From a virus: DNA of 64,000 bases. A program made the position numbers and the translations under genes. Below, piece after piece: positions 8,101-17,063 of this stretch. Where the stretch lies: positions 7,566-71,565 of IMG/VR virus record IMGVR_UViG_3300044716_000427. The stretch is one strand, 5' to 3'. Numbering within the stretch: position 1 is the stretch's first letter; each line of letters opens with the position of its first letter. Below the pieces are notes generated by a model. It was not told the origin of the DNA and did not search any database. It saw only the letters and a program-made list of their open reading frames with translations.

Positions 8101-8173
8101 CGTTTTACTAAGGGCATTAACATAAAAAAGGGGTGGTATTACCCACCCCAATTCTATTTGTATGGAGAGTAAC

Positions 8174-8431
8174 TTACCCCTTAACAATCTCCGTTGACTG
8201 GGATAGTTCACTCAGCTTACGGAAGATGGTGGCGAAGTCTGAGTCGTTCTCGCTGGACTGTTCTTTGAGTTCTTGGATGGACTGCTCAACCTTGGCCATA
8301 CGAGCCTCTAGCTGGTCCATGAATCCTACTAGCTTCTCTACGCTTTCTGCAAGTGGCTGGACGTAGTTTTCAATGTATGACTCGGCGGTGGTCACCCGGT
8401 CGTTCATCTCGATGAGCTTGTCTTCTGTCAT
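8174..8431 (-). CDS. Coiled-coil protein
   Basis: Heptad pattern; TATCTTTG at 8447-8454 upstream. Confidence 0.75.
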   Translation of the reverse strand: MTEDKLIEMNDRVTTAESYIENYVQPLAESVEKLVGFMDQLEARMAKVEQSIQELKEQSSENDSDFATIFRKLSELSQSTEIVKG

Positions 8432-8495
8432 TGCGTGTTGTTTTCACAAAGATACAAGGAAATTAGAAGTAAAACTTTTTGAGAATGGTGTGCGA

Positions 8496-8678
8496 ATGAG
8501 CGAATATCGCATAGCTTTACCCACTGAGGGTCAGAGGATTAGTGACGTAGGAGAGCTACGGACGGGTTTTGCTTGTACCTCAGTAAACACCTTTGACTTC
8601 TCTTCCATTGTGGAAGACACGACTATATTTGTATCCTTTGAGGCACAGGGCTCTTGGTGGCTATACTGCAACAACTGA
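8496..8678 (+). CDS. Hypothetical 60-aa protein
   Basis: ATG 8496 ORF ending 3 nt before the next gene. Confidence 0.4.
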   Translation: MSEYRIALPTEGQRISDVGELRTGFACTSVNTFDFSSIVEDTTIFVSFEAQGSWWLYCNN

Positions 8679-8681
8679 CCA

Positions 8682-10316
8682 ATGGACGTATACGTCGAAA
8701 GCGACAAGGTTAGAATAGTCAGCGCGGGTAACATCGTTACCGTGGCTGGCGCTGACATCCGTCGCGTATGGCAGGAGTTCCAGCCGAACGTCAACTTCAA
8801 TGGTGGGCTTTACACGGTGTACGTCACCGACACCAACGCCAACACCTTCCCCATCCCCCTTGACAGCGTCACCAACCAAAGGTTCTGGACCAATAACTTC
8901 CAAGGGGCTGTGGAGGCGGTCAAGGACATCTCTGCCATCGCAGGGGTTCTCCCATTTGGTGGCATAACAGCACTTACCGGTGACGTTACCGCCGGTCCCG
9001 GCACGGGGACTCAGCCCGCCACGCTGGCCAACACGTCCGTTACCCCGGGGAGCTACACGAACACCAACATCACCGTTGACTCCAAGGGCAGGGTAACCGC
9101 AGCGGCCAATGGAACGGGTGGAGGGGTTGTGTCTGTCACCGCCACGGCTCCTATTGCGGCAACAAGCGGTGCAAACCCGGTCATTACCCACTTCAACTCT
9201 GGTGTAAGCCCGGGTGTATACACAAATGCAAACATTACCGTTGATGTCAAGGGTCATGTTACGCTGGCATCCAATGGAACGGCATCGTCTGGTGACGTTG
9301 TTGGCCCAGCATCGGCAACAGACAACGCCATAACTAGGTACAACCTCACCACGGGCAAGCTGATCCAGAACAGTACAGTTCTGCTGGACGACAACGGCAA
9401 GCTGGGTCAGGTTGACGCGATAGATTTCAATACCACCCCGGTCACGGCAATAGCTGCAAAGAGGTTGCAGTGGAGTGACGCAGAGGGTTCCTTGCAGCTT
9501 GGGCTAAAGGGCGGGAACGTCCACTCGCACATTAGCGAGGATCTGTTCTTGTACGGCTACAACAACAGCGGTAGCCCGATGACCAAGGGGCAGGTGGTGA
9601 GGATCAACGGGTCAAGTGGCGTCCGTCCGGTTGTGTCGCTGGCGCAGGCGGACTCAGACCCCAACAGCGCAGAGACGGTGGGCGTGGTGGCCGAGACAAT
9701 TGCTAACAACTCTCAGGGGCTTATTCAGGTGCTTGGCATTATGACCAACCTGAACACCAACTCATTCAATGAGGGAGATGTGCTATACCTGTCCCCGACC
9801 GTGGCAGGTCAGTTGGTGAACACAAAGCCAGTGGCCCCCGACCACTTGGTCCGCGTGGCCTATTGTGTAAAGAAGTCAGGGGGAGCCGGTGAGATCTACA
9901 TCTCTCCCCTCAACGGGTTTGAGCTGAATGAGCTGCATGACGTACTCATCACCACCCCAGCGACCAACACCTGTGGCCTGTACTGGAACACTGGGACCAG
10001 CGTGTGGGAGAACCTGACGCCAGCCAATGCCAGAACAGCCCTTGACGTAAGCAAGAAGATACTACAGGTTGGCTCCCTGACGCTTACCACCGCAGGGTGG
10101 TCGCTTGTCGGCGGACTATACGAGCAGGACTTGGCAGAGGCCAACATCACAGCCACTTCCATTGTGGATGTTATTCCAGACAACGCTGATATAGCTACTG
10201 TCATCGCCGCTGGAATCCTGCCGAGGACGGACAGCGCAGCAGGCAGCGTCAAGGTGTACTCCCAGAACCTGCCAACCGCCAACATTGGCGTGACCATTAA
10301 CATCAGCAACCTATGA
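8682..10316 (+). CDS. Tail fibre-like structural protein
   Basis: Repeated PGxYTNxNITVDxKGxVT units, [14 protein letters not shown] motif, G/T/N-rich composition. Confidence 0.8.
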   Translation: MDVYVESDKVRIVSAGNIVTVAGADIRRVWQEFQPNVNFNGGLYTVYVTDTNANTFPIPLDSVTNQRFWTNNFQGAVEAVKDISAIAGVLPFGGITALTGDVTAGPGTGTQPATLANTSVTPGSYTNTNITVDSKGRVTAAANGTGGGVVSVTATAPIAATSGANPVITHFNSGVSPGVYTNANITVDVKGHVTLASNGTASSGDVVGPASATDNAITRYNLTTGKLIQNSTVLLDDNGKLGQVDAIDFNTTPVTAIAAKRLQWSDAEGSLQLGLKGGNVHSHISEDLFLYGYNNSGSPMTKGQVVRINGSSGVRPVVSLAQADSDPNSAETVGVVAETIANNSQGLIQVLGIMTNLNTNSFNEGDVLYLSPTVAGQLVNTKPVAPDHLVRVAYCVKKSGGAGEIYISPLNGFELNELHDVLITTPATNTCGLYWNTGTSVWENLTPANARTALDVSKKILQVGSLTLTTAGWSLVGGLYEQDLAEANITATSIVDVIPDNADIATVIAAGILPRTDSAAGSVKVYSQNLPTANIGVTINISNL

Positions 10317-11266
10317 GCGTAGGCTCTTTTGCGGTCCCACTTATTGGCTCCCCCGCTAACACGCTGCGTGAGTATACAGCTAGCGACACTTGGAACAAGC
10401 CAACCAACAATAAATTCGTCGGTGCGTTCGTCGTGTGCGTGGGTGCTGGCGCTGGCGGTGCGTGTGGTGACCTTCGCACAGGGATAACGGTGCCTGCGAC
10501 GGGCGGGGCAGGAGGCGGTGGCGGATGGGTGGTATGGGACTTTATTACTGCCGCGTCGCTGGGCGGCACAGAGGCTGTGACGGTGCCTGCCGGAGGGGCA
10601 GGGCAGGCAGGGCGTAACACTGTTGGAGCAGGTATCGCAGGAGCCAACGGAGGCGATGCATCGTTTGGCGCACACGTTGTCGCATTAGGTGGACGAGGAG
10701 GCAATGGCACTGAAGTTGGACGTGACATAACAGGCTGCACGCCACGCAAAGGGTCGAACATCCTGCCCGGACATCCGTCGATGCGTATTGGCAACATTAG
10801 TAATACCGGGGGCTTCTACTGGCCTACAAGTGGCGTGCCTTCATATGCCGCAAGCGGAAGCCGCGCTCTTGGTGGCGCACCCGGAGGCAACGGAGGAAGG
10901 CGTGACGCACCAAGCGGCACGGCTGGTCCGGGTATCGCTGGCGGTGGCGTGTGGAACGGCACCACTCTGACAGGTGGTGGGGCCTTGGGTACGGCTACCA
11001 ACAATGGGGGCAACGGCACAGGCAACATCGTGCTGACGCTACTATCGTCGCATGGCCTGACAACAACCAATGGCGCGGGCGGTGGCGGCGGTGGCGGTGG
11101 TGGAGGGAGTGCAGTCGCTGTGGCTGGCAACGGCGGTAATGGTGCTATCTCCGCAGGAGGCGGTGGAGGAGGCGGTGGAACGGATACCGTCGGCGATGGC
11201 ATAAGCGGCGATGGCGGCAACGGCGGTGCGGGCATAGTGTACGTTTACGAGATTTACAAAATCTAA
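10313..11266 (+). CDS. Glycine-rich fibre/virion protein
   Basis: TWNKP...VGAGAGG...[13 protein letters not shown] glycine-rich domain pattern. Confidence 0.8.
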   Translation: MSVGSFAVPLIGSPANTLREYTASDTWNKPTNNKFVGAFVVCVGAGAGGACGDLRTGITVPATGGAGGGGGWVVWDFITAASLGGTEAVTVPAGGAGQAGRNTVGAGIAGANGGDASFGAHVVALGGRGGNGTEVGRDITGCTPRKGSNILPGHPSMRIGNISNTGGFYWPTSGVPSYAASGSRALGGAPGGNGGRRDAPSGTAGPGIAGGGVWNGTTLTGGGALGTATNNGGNGTGNIVLTLLSSHGLTTTNGAGGGGGGGGGGSAVAVAGNGGNGAISAGGGGGGGGTDTVGDGISGDGGNGGAGIVYVYEIYKI

Positions 11267-11270
11267 AGGC

Positions 11271-11495
11271 ATGGCACGATACGCAATAATCAAATCGGGA
11301 TACGTCCTCAACGTGGTGGAGTGGGATCCGGTGGCGGCTCCAGACTGGACCTATCCGTTCACACATGATTCGGTCGTGCTGGATGCCAACGGCAACGCGG
11401 GCATCGGCGACTGGTATGAGACTGCGGAAGACATCTTCTATCGACCCATCAATGCACAGCCGCCCGACTGGCCGGACGAATTAAAATCCGAATAA
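11271..11495 (+). CDS. Small fibre-associated protein (possible chaperone)
   Basis: MARYAIIKSGYVLNVVEWD...AGIGDWY pattern typical downstream of Gly-rich fibres. Confidence 0.7.
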   Translation: MARYAIIKSGYVLNVVEWDPVAAPDWTYPFTHDSVVLDANGNAGIGDWYETAEDIFYRPINAQPPDWPDELKSE

Positions 11496-11498
11496 CCA

Positions 11499-11822
11499 AT
11501 GGCAGACCAAGTAAACCTCCGCAAGGAACACAAGAACCCAAAAGGTGGTCTATCCGCCGCCGGTCGGGCCAAGTACAACAAGGAGACGGGAAGCAACCTC
11601 AAGGCACCCGTCAAGGGCGCACCTTCGTCCCCCGAGCAGATGAAGCGCAAGGGTTCATTCTTGGTAAGGATGGGCTCCGCCGCTGGCCCCCTGATGAAGG
11701 ATGGCAAGAAGACGCGACTGAAGCTATCTTTGGAGGCGTGGGGCCACAGCGGGGACAAAGCCTCGGCAGTTGCCAAGGGCCGCAGGATGCTTGCACGATA
11801 CAAGGGTAAAAACAAAGACTGA
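11499..11822 (+). CDS. DUF6321-like basic phage protein
   Basis: KNPKGGLSAAGRAKYNKETGSNLKAP...RKGSFLVRM...SLEAWG. Confidence 0.7.
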   Translation: MADQVNLRKEHKNPKGGLSAAGRAKYNKETGSNLKAPVKGAPSSPEQMKRKGSFLVRMGSAAGPLMKDGKKTRLKLSLEAWGHSGDKASAVAKGRRMLARYKGKNKD

Positions 11823-11824
11823 CC

Positions 11825-12139
11825 ATGCCTACTGAAAAGCAAAACCGAAACAAGCTCAACATACTGATTGAGCAGACCTACAAACACGCCAAGAAGCACA
11901 GCTTGGAGGTGTTCTCCATGTACTCCGGCGACGACGGGGAGCAGATCAAGATGTCGGGTAACTACAGCGTCAATATGGTACGCAACGTGGTCTACCACAT
12001 GCTGGTGAACCACCCCGAAGAGTTCGCGTCGGTAATCGAGACCGTCAACGAGCTCACCAAGCAGAGCGAAGGCGTCACAGAAGAGGTTAAGAAGGAAGTT
12101 GAGGAGGTCGAGGAGCCCAAGGGCATGACCGTGGCCTAA
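11825..12139 (+). CDS. Hypothetical protein
   Basis: 104-aa ORF in operon. Confidence 0.75.
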   Translation: MPTEKQNRNKLNILIEQTYKHAKKHSLEVFSMYSGDDGEQIKMSGNYSVNMVRNVVYHMLVNHPEEFASVIETVNELTKQSEGVTEEVKKEVEEVEEPKGMTVA

Positions 12140-12396
12140 ACCCTCCCGTCTGCTATGTTTATGGCCCTCCGCGTATCATTAACGCGGCGCTTGAGGTCTT
12201 CAAGCAGTGACATCATGTCGTCGATGCGTCGGTTGACGTGCATCCCGTACTTGCTCTCTGCTTCAATCTCAAACCGCGTTATTGCCTTGTCTATCTCGAC
12301 AAGTGCAGAGACAATATCACTCGTGGTGATGTTGCTCCTGTCAATCTTCTCCCTTGCCGATGCGGGGGTCCTGAAGTCTGGGAATACTTGTTTCAT
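12136..12396 (-). CDS. Hypothetical helical protein
   Basis: TAGATTTG 4 nt before ATG. Confidence 0.65.
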   Translation of the reverse strand: MKQVFPDFRTPASAREKIDRSNITTSDIVSALVEIDKAITRFEIEAESKYGMHVNRRIDDMMSLLEDLKRRVNDTRRAINIADGRV

Positions 12397-12408
12397 CCCA
12401 CAAATCTA

Positions 12409-12684
12409 ATGTCCTATCCATGCACCGGATGTGGGGCCTGTTGCCGAAGGGTTCACATGATACCACAGTGGCCATTGGAACTCCTAAAGGAGGACGGGTC
12501 GTGCGTAAACCTACTGGATGACAACTCCTGCGCCATCTATGAGGAGAGGCCGATTATATGCAGGGTGGACGAAATGATGGAACTTATGGGGGCGGACAAG
12601 GACTTCTGGTATAAGACAAATGCAGACTACTGCAACACTTGGATGGACGAGGATGGCGTGGAAGGGAAGAGGGTAGAGCTATAA
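12409..12684 (+). CDS. YkgJ-family CxxCxxCC cysteine-cluster (Zn/Fe-S) protein
   Basis: CTGCGACC...CVNL...CAIYEERPIICR. Confidence 0.85.
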   Translation: MSYPCTGCGACCRRVHMIPQWPLELLKEDGSCVNLLDDNSCAIYEERPIICRVDEMMELMGADKDFWYKTNADYCNTWMDEDGVEGKRVEL

Positions 12685-12685
12685 C

Positions 12686-12714
12686 GCAAGAAGCCCCCTT
12701 CCGGGGGCCTCTGC
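12686..12714. terminator. Hairpin between convergent genes
   Basis: gaagccccc-ttcc-gggggcctc. Confidence 0.55.
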
Positions 12715-12733
12715 ATATATAGAAGGGAATGAA

Positions 12734-13213
12734 TTAGGGAGGGGTGATGTTGCTGCCATCAACGTCGAGCAGCAGATAAGCATCACCTGCGCCAAGGGCG
12801 GTCGCGATGGTGGTGATACCAGCGGCAGATGCGGCAGCGTCTTCCATCTTGAACTTCGTGTACAGCACACCGGTGGGGCTGTAGAAGCCGATGTAAGAAC
12901 CGCCACGACCCAGCGGGAACAGGATGCTACCGGTAGGTCCAACGGGGATAATTTCTTCTCCGTCGTCGTAATCAGCGGTCAGTTGACCTTCCACAGGCTC
13001 GGTTTTGCCGAACAGGTCGGTGTCCGTGGGGGCTCCGCCGTTGGAGTTAGGGCTGTCTCCAAAGTAAGGGCCGGTGTAGCTGTAGTCGCCACTGCCAGCG
13101 TAGGTGGGGTAGGTGATCAGCTTGCTGAACGGACCTACGGTGGCCAGAATTTGCGGGGTAACGAACGCAGTGTTCACCACTTCGCCACTGGCGGTTTGGA
13201 ACTGAATAATCAT
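12734..13213 (-). CDS. Hypothetical, probably virion-associated protein
   Basis: Start MIIQFQ at 13213; TATATTTG at 13235-13242; G/T/P-rich. Confidence 0.75.
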   Translation of the reverse strand: MIIQFQTASGEVVNTAFVTPQILATVGPFSKLITYPTYAGSGDYSYTGPYFGDSPNSNGGAPTDTDLFGKTEPVEGQLTADYDDGEEIIPVGPTGSILFPLGRGGSYIGFYSPTGVLYTKFKMEDAAASAAGITTIATALGAGDAYLLLDVDGSNITPP

Positions 13214-13315
13214 AGTTCTTTGGGTTTGGTGGTACAAATATACTGATAATCAGCAGGTTATGAAAGCAGTGCTAAATTTTTTTACTCACACACGACACCA
13301 ATCTATATTTGTGGC

Positions 13316-13507
13316 ATGAAAAACAAGGCTATCAAGGGCATGATCCTATCGCGTATTGACAAGCTCAATACCCAATGGAGCGAGGTGGTTGACACCGAAG
13401 AAAGGACAACCCCCATGGACTACATGAGGGTTGCTGAGATTCAAGGGGCTATCAACGCCCTGATGGCGCTGATGGTGGAGATTGACTCTATTAAGGCATC
13501 CGAATAG
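13316..13507 (+). CDS. Hypothetical small protein
   Basis: TATATTTG 4 nt before ATG. Confidence 0.65.
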   Translation: MKNKAIKGMILSRIDKLNTQWSEVVDTEERTTPMDYMRVAEIQGAINALMALMVEIDSIKASE

Positions 13508-13958
13508 CCCCGCGAATTGCGACAATGCAGGCGGAGGCTCCGGCACTATCGTTAGTCCAAGTCGCTTGATTGGCAACCTTGCCCATTGGGATGTCCATAA
13601 ACCGCTGGTCATTCAAACGCAGTCGAACAAACCACTGCTGATACCTTGCGGTGCTTTCGGCTATTTGAGTATCACCAGTTGGCCCAAACCCGCTCGGGAA
13701 TGTTGATGCGGGGTCAGGCCAATTGTCTTGCAGCATGGTTGCATCGTTTGCAACATCCCTCCAAGGGTTGGGGACGCTGGTTGGGAGCCAAGCGGCGTCT
13801 CCGTCCGCAAGCCCGTACACCCTCACTTGCTTTACTTGGGCCGTAACGTCCACAACCGTATACAGGTTGATGAGGTATTCGGTTTCGGTGGTGGTGGCAT
13901 TGATAAACTCAATGTCTCCATTGCCCACGTTTACATTAAAGCGATACGGTGCTGGCAT
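13491..13958 (-). CDS. Hypothetical, probably virion-associated protein
   Basis: 155-aa ORF. Confidence 0.7.
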   Translation of the reverse strand: MPAPYRFNVNVGNGDIEFINATTTETEYLINLYTVVDVTAQVKQVRVYGLADGDAAWLPTSVPNPWRDVANDATMLQDNWPDPASTFPSGFGPTGDTQIAESTARYQQWFVRLRLNDQRFMDIPMGKVANQATWTNDSAGASACIVAIRGAIRMP

Positions 13959-14043
13959 CTTTGTAATAGATTACAATCAGTCCATCGCACTGTTCAAGTT
14001 CAATAAGAGCGAACCCGTCACAGCAGACGTCCATGTTGTCCAT
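13936..14043 (-). CDS. 35-aa Cys-containing leader ORF
   Basis: MDNMDVCCDGFALIELEQCDGLIVIYYKDASTVSL; TACATTTG 4 nt before ATG; overlaps the start of the next gene. Confidence 0.45.
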   Translation of the reverse strand: MDNMDVCCDGFALIELEQCDGLIVIYYKDASTVSL

Positions 14044-14100
14044 GCAACAAATGTAACACCGAATTGCTGATACTCAATACTTTGTATCTATTTTTGTGAG

Positions 14101-16479
14101 GTGGAATCAAGAAAGTCGATACAAGAGCATACAGCTGAACTTTTGCTCAGGCTGAGTTCGGAGGGTGTGTCGCTTGCCGTGGAGCACAAGCAGCAGGTAA
14201 GGGCCGCTGGGTTCTCCGAGGAGCTAAGTAAGCAGGAGTCGTCGGCCCGCACCCAGCAGGAGTATGAGGACATTCCAGACAACGGGGAGGCTCACCTTTG
14301 GCTGTACGATGTTCCCGTCATAACAGAGGGGGAGAACGTCGGTAAGTTCCTTGAGGGAAATAGCTACTACAGCAAGATCCCAGATTCATGGATTGAAAAG
14401 TGGAAAGATGTAGAAATTCAAAAGTCCCACTGGAAGCCAGACCGCGCAGAGGACGCAGACAAGGGGTTCAAGGACTTTATCAACTCGCACATCCCACGCT
14501 TTGACTCGCTCACCACATACGAGCCATTCTTTGTTTACATAGAGCAGGCCAAGAGGTGGCTTGACGACAAGAAGACGCTGGCAGACATCGACCCTATCTC
14601 TCGCTTTGAGTGGAAGCGTCAGGAGCTGGCCCGCATCGCAGACAACAAGCTCTACGGCCTGAACAAGTACGTCTCCATCAAGGAGGATGGTTTCATTGGC
14701 GGTCGCCGCCCATACGAGGCATCAACCGCTCAGGCTCTGCTTGCGTTCCTTGTGGACCGTGGGAACAGCTTTGACTTGGTCAAGGGCCGTCAGGCTGCCA
14801 TCACATCCACGATGATGGCTATGGCCGCACTGGAGAGCGTTGTGCGCTCTTCGTTCAGCGGGGTGTTCATGGTACACAAGAAGGACGGAACTGGTAAGAC
14901 CCTGTTCCGCGACAAGTTCCAGTCCACCTTCCAGCACCTGCCCAACTGGATGATCGGCGAGGTGGACGTGAGCAAGGGATTCTCGTCGGAGAGCGCAATC
15001 ATGGACTTTGACCCCGGGGACACCAAGGCACAGAAGGGCCGAGACATCTCCGAGTTCCGCCTGCTCTCCGCCGAGGACAGCATGACGGTCAACGGTCGCA
15101 CACCAACGTGGTCCTTGTTTGACGAGGCTCAGAACATCCCGACATACCAGACCATCAAGAGCGAAATCGACCCGACCATGTACCAGTTCAACAAGGCGAA
15201 GGGTCGCTTTGAACTTGTACGTCAGGCGTTCGCTTGGGGCACCGGCTCGTCCAACAACACAGGGCAGGGCGCATTTGAGAACGACTTCAAGTCACTTCTT
15301 TCCGCTTGGGAGGGAGGTGAGGATACGGGTGGGTGGGTCCCCGTGTTCATGGACTGGACCTGCCGACCGGGTATGACCCGCGAGTTCTACAACAAGCAGA
15401 AGGCCAAGTATCTCCGTGGCCAGACCGAGGAGACCAAGGGCCTGTCGGCCACCGAGCGCCTGTCCTTGTTCTGCGCCCACTACCCAAGCAAGCCGGACGA
15501 TGCCTTTATGACCAGCCACAAGACGCTGGTCCCGATGGAGATGATCGTAAAGCAGCAGAACAGGATCATCAACGAGTGCCACAAGAGGAGCCTAGCCCCC
15601 GCGCCGGGTAGGTTTGAGCCCATCTTCGACGAGTCTGTCAGGCTCACGGAAAGCTACTTCCCATACGCGGTAAAGGGCGCAAGGTGGGTTCCGTCCGCAG
15701 CCGATGACATCGAGGCCCCGGTCAAGATGTTCCTGCCCCCTGTAAACACATGGGCCAACAGGTACTTCCAAGGCACGGACCCAATCCAAAACGACGGAGG
15801 GTTTTCGCGCTTCTCGTCAGCCATCTGGGACACGGCGGCGCGAGAGATAAAGCAGGGGGATAATGCCGTGCTCGTCCCAACGGTTGCCTGCGCCCTGAAC
15901 GCCCGCACTTCGTTCCCATCAGACCTGTTCGCGCAGGGTGTATTGATGGGCATCTACTACCGCAACTACGGGCAGAAGGCTTGCCGGGAACTGGTGGAGA
16001 TAAACGTGGGTCACAGGTACGTTGAGTTCAAGTCATCCCCCGTATTCGGACTGAGGGAGTCCCTCATGCTAAAGAACGAGCTCCTGCCAAAGTATCGCGG
16101 AGGGGCGCACATCTATGGCGTTGACCTTAAGGGCGGGAAGGGGAGCCGAAAGGAGTCCCTATACGGTGACGTGACCGACCTCATCCGCACCTATGGACAC
16201 AATATATGGTACTATGACTTCTGGTCTCAGGTCAGGAACATCTCCGTTGAGTCCAAGCCGGACGGCTCCGTGGTGTGGGGAACAATGAACAAGAACGTCT
16301 ACAACGACGACTTGGTCTACGCCATCGCCTATGCGGAGCTGTGCTCTCGTTGCGTCAATAAGCAGCCGCAAGAGATCTCGGCGGAGACAAAGCAGTACAA
16401 GACAAGGCGGGTGCTAAGGAGGAGCGCGGACCTTATCCCTTACTACATCACTGAAAAAGTTGAAATTAAGTATACATGA
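14101..16479 (+). CDS. terL: Terminase large subunit
   Basis: Walker A-like KGRQAAITS, Walker B SLFDEAQ, nuclease GTDPI and DDLVYA; upstream of portal. Confidence 0.88.
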   Translation: MESRKSIQEHTAELLLRLSSEGVSLAVEHKQQVRAAGFSEELSKQESSARTQQEYEDIPDNGEAHLWLYDVPVITEGENVGKFLEGNSYYSKIPDSWIEKWKDVEIQKSHWKPDRAEDADKGFKDFINSHIPRFDSLTTYEPFFVYIEQAKRWLDDKKTLADIDPISRFEWKRQELARIADNKLYGLNKYVSIKEDGFIGGRRPYEASTAQALLAFLVDRGNSFDLVKGRQAAITSTMMAMAALESVVRSSFSGVFMVHKKDGTGKTLFRDKFQSTFQHLPNWMIGEVDVSKGFSSESAIMDFDPGDTKAQKGRDISEFRLLSAEDSMTVNGRTPTWSLFDEAQNIPTYQTIKSEIDPTMYQFNKAKGRFELVRQAFAWGTGSSNNTGQGAFENDFKSLLSAWEGGEDTGGWVPVFMDWTCRPGMTREFYNKQKAKYLRGQTEETKGLSATERLSLFCAHYPSKPDDAFMTSHKTLVPMEMIVKQQNRIINECHKRSLAPAPGRFEPIFDESVRLTESYFPYAVKGARWVPSAADDIEAPVKMFLPPVNTWANRYFQGTDPIQNDGGFSRFSSAIWDTAAREIKQGDNAVLVPTVACALNARTSFPSDLFAQGVLMGIYYRNYGQKACRELVEINVGHRYVEFKSSPVFGLRESLMLKNELLPKYRGGAHIYGVDLKGGKGSRKESLYGDVTDLIRTYGHNIWYYDFWSQVRNISVESKPDGSVVWGTMNKNVYNDDLVYAIAYAELCSRCVNKQPQEISAETKQYKTRRVLRRSADLIPYYITEKVEIKYT

Positions 16480-17063
16480 GCGAGGAGATAATTGAAAAGA
16501 TGCTTGAGAGGCGGTATCTGATATTCGCCCCCAAGAACGGCAAAGACCTTCGGGTCCAGTACCCGGAGCTTTCAGATTACACAGAATTTCGCCCAGAGGC
16601 CATCAAGAGCCACGACCTTCTGTTCGTCTGGTGGTTCCGCTGCGCTGCGTCTCCCTACTACGACAAGGCAGACCCCGAGAAGATTGAATCGTGCGTAAGG
16701 ATTGCCTATCCAACAGAGCAGCAGAGGGAGTCGAAGCTAAAGGAGTTCAGGGCTGGGTTCCCCGACAACGTTAAATCAGCATTCAAGCGGATGGAGTCCT
16801 TCAACCTTGCCGCCCGTATTGAGAACTATCTTTACACCCAAAGGGTCAGGGACAATTGCAAGGCAATGCTTGCTGTTGATATAAATACAATGGACATCGA
16901 GGAGCAAGACTCTTGGAGCAAACGCGCTCCGGGCATTTGGCGTCTTCTTGAGGAAACCTCTAAAACCCTCGAAAAAGGGGGTTTTGGCGTCATCGAGCAT
17001 GACAATACCATTGTTGATGAACTCGATGGCTCGGTAAAATCATTTAGACAGTCTAGCCGATGA
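16476..17063 (+). CDS. Conserved packaging/head-module protein of unknown function
   Basis: ATGA-coupled to both terminase and portal. Confidence 0.75.
   Translation: MSEEIIEKMLERRYLIFAPKNGKDLRVQYPELSDYTEFRPEAIKSHDLLFVWWFRCAASPYYDKADPEKIESCVRIAYPTEQQRESKLKEFRAGFPDNVKSAFKRMESFNLAARIENYLYTQRVRDNCKAMLAVDINTMDIEEQDSWSKRAPGIWRLLEETSKTLEKGGFGVIEHDNTIVDELDGSVKSFRQSSR

Noticed and set aside
7573-8211. 212-aa and shorter ORFs over the repeat region
   Set aside because: Translations of DNA repeats (F/L/C-rich); more likely non-coding
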